DNA from: Bacteriovoracaceae bacterium
GTDB taxonomy: Bacteria > Bdellovibrionota > Bacteriovoracia > Bacteriovoracales > Bacteriovoracaceae
Length of the DNA stretch: 12,142 nt
Assembly: GCA_041586955.1 (NCBI GenBank)
Contig: JBFGZE010000093.1
Span: forward strand, 1-12,142
Reading direction: 5' to 3'
A program made the position numbers and the translations under genes. The notes beneath the pieces were generated by a model. That model saw nothing but the letters and a program-made list of their open reading frames with translations, was not told the DNA's origin and did no database searches. Positions 7,085-12,142 of this stretch are shown piece after piece; positions within the stretch are counted from its first letter, which is position 1; the number at the start of each line of letters is the position of its first letter.

Positions 7085-7892
7085 GAGAATAGGGCAGTCA
7101 GCAGAGTTTATTCAAAAGCAATACCCCACTCACCCAAAAGTGGGTATCGTCTTGGGTTCAGGCCTAGGCGCCTTCGTTGATCAAATAAAAGATCCATATA
7201 TTATTCCCTATACAGATATTCCTCATTTCCGTGACACCACGGTTGAAGGTCATGAGGGTCGACTCATTCTTGGTAAGATTGGTGAAACAGAAGTCGCCAT
7301 CCTCCAAGGGCGTCAGCATGCTTATGAGGGACTTCCCATGGAAGAAGTTGTTTTCCCCCTGCGCGTTCTGGCCACTTTAGGAATTGAATATTTGACCCTA
7401 ACCAACGCCGCAGGTGGAATTAATCTCGACTTTAACCCTGGTGATATCATCATGATTAAAGATCACCTCAATCTCATGGCATGCAACCCACTTATTGGGC
7501 CCAATATTGCGGAGCTCGGACCCCGCTTTCCAGATATGACCTATAGCTACGCACCAGAACTACAAAAACTCCTCCATCAATCGGCGAAAGAATTAGACTA
7601 CCAATTAAAAGAAGGTGTTTACGCTGGAGTCCTTGGACCAACTTATGAGACACCTGCAGAAATTCGTATGTTACGCACTTTGGGTGCCGACCTTGTTGGG
7701 ATGAGTACCGTCCCCGAAGCGATCGCCGCCAACCACCTAGGCCTTAAGGTGATGGGACTTAGCTGCGTGACGAATATGGGTGCTGGTATTGAAAAAACCC
7801 GATTAAAGCATGAAGACATTAAAGATCAGGCCTTAAAGGTCATGAAAATCTTTAGCCAGCTCTTAATTAAAACAATTGAAAAACTAGGATAA
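7077..7892 (+). CDS. punA: Purine-nucleoside phosphorylase, trimeric inosine/guanosine type (PunA/XapA family), 271 aa
   Basis: Motifs GIVLGSGLG, GHEGRL, GRQHAYEG, LTNAAGG, GPTYETPAE, VGMSTVPE and VTN (Asn of 6-oxopurine-specific PNPs). ATG 7077 with GGAG RBS and an 8-nt overlap with the upstream gene. Confidence 0.95.
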   Translation: MYERIGQSAEFIQKQYPTHPKVGIVLGSGLGAFVDQIKDPYIIPYTDIPHFRDTTVEGHEGRLILGKIGETEVAILQGRQHAYEGLPMEEVVFPLRVLATLGIEYLTLTNAAGGINLDFNPGDIIMIKDHLNLMACNPLIGPNIAELGPRFPDMTYSYAPELQKLLHQSAKELDYQLKEGVYAGVLGPTYETPAEIRMLRTLGADLVGMSTVPEAIAANHLGLKVMGLSCVTNMGAGIEKTRLKHEDIKDQALKVMKIFSQLLIKTIEKLG

Positions 7893-7901
7893 GAGGATTT
7901 A

Positions 7902-8300
7902 ATGGAAGTTATTGAACAATTAAGACAAATGGCGATTCAAGCGTCTCATAAGGCCTACTCTCCTTATTCTAAGGCCTTGGTCGGATCGGCCTTGATTACC
8001 ACTGACGGCCAACTCTATAGTGGGTGTAATGTTGAAAATTCTAGTTTTGGCGCAACAGTTTGTGCCGAGCGAGTCGCTATTTTCAAGGCGGTCTCAGAGA
8101 AAGAAATGCGTGTCGCCAAAATTTACGTCTATACTAGTGCTGGCTGGCCCCCTTGCGGAATATGCCGGCAAGTATTGAGTGAATTTGCTGATCCTGAATT
8201 AGAGGTTATAATAGGAGATAAGAGCGGCACCATTAAAACGATGAGTTTTAAGGATTTAATGCCCTTGGCCTTTGAGCCAAATGAGTACCACAGAAGATAA
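7902..8300 (+). CDS. cdd: Cytidine deaminase, homotetrameric type, 132 aa
   Basis: AYSPYS, GCNVEN, CAER and PCGICRQ (three-Cys zinc site); RBS GAGGA. Confidence 0.97.
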   Translation: MEVIEQLRQMAIQASHKAYSPYSKALVGSALITTDGQLYSGCNVENSSFGATVCAERVAIFKAVSEKEMRVAKIYVYTSAGWPPCGICRQVLSEFADPELEVIIGDKSGTIKTMSFKDLMPLAFEPNEYHRR

Positions 8301-8337
8301 TTATTAACCTTTTTCGGGCGAATGTTCGAAGGTGTCT

Positions 8338-9675
8338 ATGAAAGAAAATAAACCTGATCACCAAAGTCCAAGTGAAATTATCCACGGACTTAATTTCTGT
8401 GTCTTTGATTTGGAAACCACAGGTGGAAATCATAAATTTGACAAGATTATTGAGATTGGTCTCGTTAAAATCAAAAATTTAGAAATCACCGAGCGTAAAA
8501 ACTTTCTGATTAACCCTCAAATGAAAATTCCTGAGTTTATTCAAAAGTTGACCTCCATCAGTCAAAATGACGTGAAGGATGCTCCTCTGATTGAAGATGT
8601 GGTTGACGAAATTTTAGAATTCATGGGTGATAGTGTTTTAGTTGCTCATAATACTCAATTTGATGTCCCATTTTTTAATTCCGTTTTAAAGCGGATAGGG
8701 CGCGAGCCGTTGGACAATAAAAGTATTTGCACCAACCTCATGACAAAATACTTGATTCCAAATCTTCTCAACTCAAATCTCAACTATATGAGTAAGATTT
8801 TTAAAATAGATCATGAAAAGGCCCACCGTGCTCTTGATGATGCGGAGGCCACCGCCGAATTATTAATCAATTACCTTAGAATTTTTATCAATAAAGGGAT
8901 TAATAAAGTTAACCACCTTTATTACCCACGCAATCGCTATGAACTAGACCGTTATCATTTTAAAAGTCCTAATGAGGTCGATCTGATCATAAAAAAGATT
9001 CAAGAAATGAAATCATCTTTTCTGCTCAGTATTAAGGGGGAAAATGGCATTATTCTCTTTGCTCTCCCCTGTGAGAATTTAAAAGGTAGTGAAATCGAGT
9101 TTGTGAAAGAGAAGCTACTCGCCCTCCCCTGGAAAACCACCACGATACGTCTCTATGGACCACTGATTGAGGCCATTGTTCACTTTAATAACCTTTTTCC
9201 CAAAATAGATAGCGAGACCCGTGATGAAATCATGGAGCATCTTAATCATAAATATGTAACCGCAAGACCTAGTGCCGAAGAAAAAGGTGATCTCAATAAT
9301 TTTGCCAAAGACCTAGGCGACTTCGTCGTCGCCAATCACTTAGTCCCTGAGCAAATGGTGATCTTTCCCATTAGTTCTCTTAATGAAAAAAATCAATTAA
9401 TTTATCGCTACCCTGGCCATCGCAAAAAGCTTTTACAATATATAAACTCAAAATCTAATCGCATCACCAATAATAAATTAAAGCGAATGCCCATGCATCC
9501 CCAGGTCAAAAACTTTATTGAAAATTATCTTTGGAGCGTTAAGAAATCTCGGGGTATGCTATTTGTTTTTGATAAAAAATTGGCGATCAAAAGGCCGGAA
9601 GAGTTTATCAAGAAATTGGATCAATTTTTGGTCGAAAACCCCAATCCCCATAATTACCCTTCCGAGTATATTTAA
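8338..9675 (+). CDS. DEDDh 3'-5' exonuclease (DnaQ/PolC-exo-like) with a long uncharacterised C-terminal region, about 445 aa
   Basis: ExoI FDLETTG, ExoII AHNTQFD and ExoIII HRALDDA in the first ~190 aa. ATG 8338 preferred (AAGG 5 nt upstream); GTG 8332 is an alternative. Confidence 0.9.
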   Translation: MKENKPDHQSPSEIIHGLNFCVFDLETTGGNHKFDKIIEIGLVKIKNLEITERKNFLINPQMKIPEFIQKLTSISQNDVKDAPLIEDVVDEILEFMGDSVLVAHNTQFDVPFFNSVLKRIGREPLDNKSICTNLMTKYLIPNLLNSNLNYMSKIFKIDHEKAHRALDDAEATAELLINYLRIFINKGINKVNHLYYPRNRYELDRYHFKSPNEVDLIIKKIQEMKSSFLLSIKGENGIILFALPCENLKGSEIEFVKEKLLALPWKTTTIRLYGPLIEAIVHFNNLFPKIDSETRDEIMEHLNHKYVTARPSAEEKGDLNNFAKDLGDFVVANHLVPEQMVIFPISSLNEKNQLIYRYPGHRKKLLQYINSKSNRITNNKLKRMPMHPQVKNFIENYLWSVKKSRGMLFVFDKKLAIKRPEEFIKKLDQFLVENPNPHNYPSEYI

Positions 9676-9811
9676 AATAATGATGGGAAATGGTCCCTAT
9701 ATCCCGGAGAAGTCGATAAGAAGCACTAGAAGGGACGGTCAGCAAGCGATTAGATTAATTTTTGGCGAAAAATCCAAATCCCCATTAAAACTCCACCGAG
9801 TATATTTAAAA
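9616..9811 (+). repeat. Diverged direct repeat, 9616-9677 versus 9750-9811 (offset 134)
   Basis: Ungapped manual alignment gives 49/62 identities, ending in an exact 16-mer CCGAGTATATTTAAAA (9662-9677 and 9796-9811). Confidence 0.9.
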
Positions 9812-10109
9812 GGAAAAGACAAAGCGCCATTTGCATCTGTCCCCTTTTTAAAAGAACTACCAACTCATAACAAAAGGTGGAAAAGGTGGTAAGAGCACCC
9901 AGAAGTCCAACTTTAATAAAAAGATCCACAGGGCCTTTTGTTGAAGAAATATTCGCCCATAAAAAGAAAATGAGGCAACCTAAAAGATTAGAAATGAGGG
10001 TTCCGGTCCAGAAGGAAAGAGCAAAGTACTGACTCATCAACCCGATAGAAAAGCGAAAGGTTGCCCCAACCCCACCACCTAAAAAGACTATTCCTAATTC
10101 CTTTACCAA
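9750..10109 (-). CDS. crcB: Fluoride efflux channel CrcB/FluC, 119 aa
   Basis: GGGVGATFR, GTLISNLLG and GLLGALTTFSTFCYE motifs; four TM segments; TTG start with GAGGAG 6 nt upstream. Confidence 0.93.
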   Translation of the reverse strand: MVKELGIVFLGGGVGATFRFSIGLMSQYFALSFWTGTLISNLLGCLIFFLWANISSTKGPVDLFIKVGLLGALTTFSTFCYELVVLLKRGQMQMALCLFLLNILGGVLMGIWIFRQKLI

Positions 10110-10128
10110 AGTTATCTCCTCGCTCTTA

Positions 10129-11739
10129 TTAAATCATCCGAGTATTTAATAGGCGCATATATTGACCCTTCATTTCCAATTCAAGTCCCAATAAGTTCAA
10201 TATAAATTGTCCCAAAGGAGAACCTTGAATACTTAAGTCTCTGCCATTAAACAAAAAACAAATCTCTTGTTCACGCTCTATTAAATCAAAATGAATTTCG
10301 CGGTAAAGACGCCCCTCAATCAATTCTTGACGAGACATATTAGTCATCAAGTCACTAAAAAATAAATAGAGTAAAATTGTTAATTGCGAATAGTTCAATG
10401 GTCGAGAGAAACAAGACTCTTTTGTAAAATTCTTCATTTCTATTTTAAAATTAAGATCAAGCATTCTCACTTGTAATAATTTTTTGGCGGTCATAAAAAC
10501 GGATTCAATTCCCTCGTCTAACACTTGATTCTGAGGACGTGAAAAGCCAAGAAAGACCTCGACTAAATCCCGACAACGCTTAGAGGACTTCTTAAGATCT
10601 TTAAGAATTTCCTGACAATCTTCTTCCCATTCATCAAGTAATAATAAATCGATTGCTGCCATAATCCCGGCAATCGGATTTTTTAATTCGTGAGCAATCG
10701 AACTGGTGATGACTTTGATATTTTCTTGATCCCAAAAATTATTTTGCTGGGCCATTTTTTTTTCAAGGGTTAAATAGAAGAGATCCAGCCCCTTCCCCTC
10801 AATAAAAAGGTGAGTTTTATTAATCAAAATGGACTCACTACCCATATTATAAATATCGCCATGACTAAGCTCTATCAATTGACTAGGACCTATATCCAAT
10901 TGCATAAATAATTGGTTATAGAAGAAAGCTCCGCTCTCTTTATCTACCAATAGAACAGGAAAAGAATAATCCTCTAGACACGATAATTTTGAGGGAAAAT
11001 AATGAGGCCCGGTCCCCTCCTCAAAGAGAAAGTAAAAATCTAGAACTAACTTCATCAGGAGAAATTCAAGGTGCGCCTTTTTCTCATCATTCTTTAGAGT
11101 AAAGACGAAAAGTAATTCTTGTCCTTGAAACATATAAGAAAACGTTTTTCCGAGCTTCTTCTCATCTGTTAATAAAGCTATTTCAACCTCTGTAAAAGGT
11201 ATTTTTAGCAGGTGATCCATCATGGCCTTAATATGGTGAACCCCCTCTAAGGAGTAAATATGAGCGGTCAATTCATCAAGAGTCAACGGCATTTCAAGAA
11301 CTGGATAGCCCTGGAAAAAGCGACTTAAAGTCATTTCATATTTTAAAAGTAAACTTTTTAGAAATTGCACAGATTGACTCTGTTCATGACCTTGACACCG
11401 TATTTCCCATTGGGACTGCATATATCCTAAAAAATCCATTAATTGTGAGGAGTCTTGAATATTTAAATAGGCTCCGGGGTCTAACGTCGTTTTAAGAGGA
11501 TTCTGACCTTTGAAAAAAATAGGAATATCAATTAAGTCGCTCGGTAGATTACCCTGAAGTGGATAATCAGGATGAACAAAGATTAATCCTGGCCGTAGCT
11601 GATCCCAGTTTTGGCCATCAAAAAGCTCTACTCCTATCTTTTCAAAAAAGAGGCTCCAAGAGGAGTCTAGGGCCAAATCTGAACGATAATAGAGAGAGAA
11701 ACTAAATTGAGGTGAATCAAAAAGATCAAGACCGATCAT
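10129..11739 (-). CDS. Histidine kinase-like protein (HisKA domain, PAS-like segment, degenerate ATPase domain), 536 aa
   Basis: H-box SSIAHELKNPIAGI and helix 2 ending FLGFSRP; PAS-like LEDYSFPVLLVDKESGAFFYNQLF; no recognisable N/G1/F/G2 boxes; start overlaps the M23 gene by 14 nt. Confidence 0.8.
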   Translation of the reverse strand: MIGLDLFDSPQFSFSLYYRSDLALDSSWSLFFEKIGVELFDGQNWDQLRPGLIFVHPDYPLQGNLPSDLIDIPIFFKGQNPLKTTLDPGAYLNIQDSSQLMDFLGYMQSQWEIRCQGHEQSQSVQFLKSLLLKYEMTLSRFFQGYPVLEMPLTLDELTAHIYSLEGVHHIKAMMDHLLKIPFTEVEIALLTDEKKLGKTFSYMFQGQELLFVFTLKNDEKKAHLEFLLMKLVLDFYFLFEEGTGPHYFPSKLSCLEDYSFPVLLVDKESGAFFYNQLFMQLDIGPSQLIELSHGDIYNMGSESILINKTHLFIEGKGLDLFYLTLEKKMAQQNNFWDQENIKVITSSIAHELKNPIAGIMAAIDLLLLDEWEEDCQEILKDLKKSSKRCRDLVEVFLGFSRPQNQVLDEGIESVFMTAKKLLQVRMLDLNFKIEMKNFTKESCFSRPLNYSQLTILLYLFFSDLMTNMSRQELIEGRLYREIHFDLIEREQEICFLFNGRDLSIQGSPLGQFILNLLGLELEMKGQYMRLLNTRMI

Positions 11740-12142
11740 GGCCTAAAACCATCGTTTCAGCGATCAAGGAATTGCCTTCAACCCAATTGCCATTGACCTT
11801 CACACCCCAATGAAGATGAGGTCCTGTCACCCGTCCACTACGGCCGGAAAGCCCGATGATATCACCTCGTTGAACGAGGTCACCACTTTTTACTTTAAGG
11901 TCCGATAGATGGCCATAAACGGTAAAGATGCCAATCCCATGATCAATAATGATGGTTTTCCCCGTAAAAAATAGGTCGTCAACCAGGACCACCTTACCAC
12001 TATTTGAACTTTTTATGGAAGTGCCAACGCTCGCGCGATAATCAGTTCCTAGGTGCTGAGTCTTGCGTTGATTATTAAAGACCCGGCGGGTTCCGTAAAT
12101 ACTTGTCACCTTGGTTTTTAAAGGTTGAATAAAGCGAAATTC
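11726..12142 (-). CDS. M23 family zinc metallopeptidase, C-terminal part (5' end outside the window)
   Basis: The frame stays open to the window edge (EFRFIQPLKTKVTSIYGTRR...). Zinc motifs HLGTD (HxxxD), YGHL and TGPHLHW (HxH). Confidence 0.93.
   Translation of the reverse strand, partial: EFRFIQPLKTKVTSIYGTRRVFNNQRKTQHLGTDYRASVGTSIKSSNSGKVVLVDDLFFTGKTIIIDHGIGIFTVYGHLSDLKVKSGDLVQRGDIIGLSGRSGRVTGPHLHWGVKVNGNWVEGNSLIAETMVLGHDRS

Noticed and set aside
8248..8433. 61-aa minus-strand ORF across the cdd/exonuclease junction
   Set aside because: Antisense to two real genes, short, and without motifs.
7902..9675. Deaminase plus nuclease as an anti-phage nucleotide-depletion system
   Set aside because: Cdd is an ordinary 132-aa tetrameric nucleoside deaminase with no kinase-like domain, in a standard salvage operon, and no defence-island or mobility genes are nearby.
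9676..9749. Possible fluoride riboswitch or bidirectional terminator near crcB
   Set aside because: The region is downstream of crcB and does not match the fluoride riboswitch pattern. It has only a 6-bp GTCCCT/AGGGAC pairing with a long loop and no U-tract. The 19-nt gap upstream of crcB is too short for a riboswitch.
9518..9892. 124-aa plus-strand ORF spanning the exonuclease end and crcB
   Set aside because: Overlaps two real genes, has a TTG start without an RBS and no recognisable domain.
10137..10149. TCCGAGTATTTAA resembling the 16-bp repeat core
   Set aside because: Only about 9 contiguous matches and no flanking similarity, which is compatible with chance. Not a CRISPR-like third repeat.
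10755..10763. A9 run in the kinase-like gene (and G7 at 1180-1186) as phase-variation tracts
   Set aside because: The reading frame is intact and such runs are expected in AT-rich Lys/Glu codons. The G7 run is part of a terminator loop and stem.

Overview
Bacterial chromosomal window (about 40% GC by eye) with 12 CDSs, two truncated by the window edges. I see no rRNA, tRNA, CRISPR array or mobile element. Gene content and the hypothetical proteins suggest a Bdellovibrionota (Bacteriovoracaceae-like) genome, which is an unverified impression. Left to right: a short-chain rubrerythrin plus Fe-S oxidoreductase (-); a monocistronic acidic lipoprotein behind an apparent sigma-54 promoter with IHF-like and enhancer-like sites (-); a divergent nucleic-acid breakdown/salvage locus (small exported protein, NupC and RNase G on -; thymidine phosphorylase, purine nucleoside phosphorylase, cytidine deaminase and a DEDDh exonuclease on +); and an M23 peptidase, degenerate histidine kinase and crcB cluster (-). 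The most striking observation is a diverged 60-bp direct repeat spanning exactly the last 20 codons of each of the convergent exonuclease and crcB genes, apparently the fossil of a tail-to-tail gene overlap resolved by duplication. Also notable: a probably inactive GIY-YIG-like domain on the exonuclease, a histidine kinase lacking ATP-binding boxes, and face-to-face promoters in the divergent locus.
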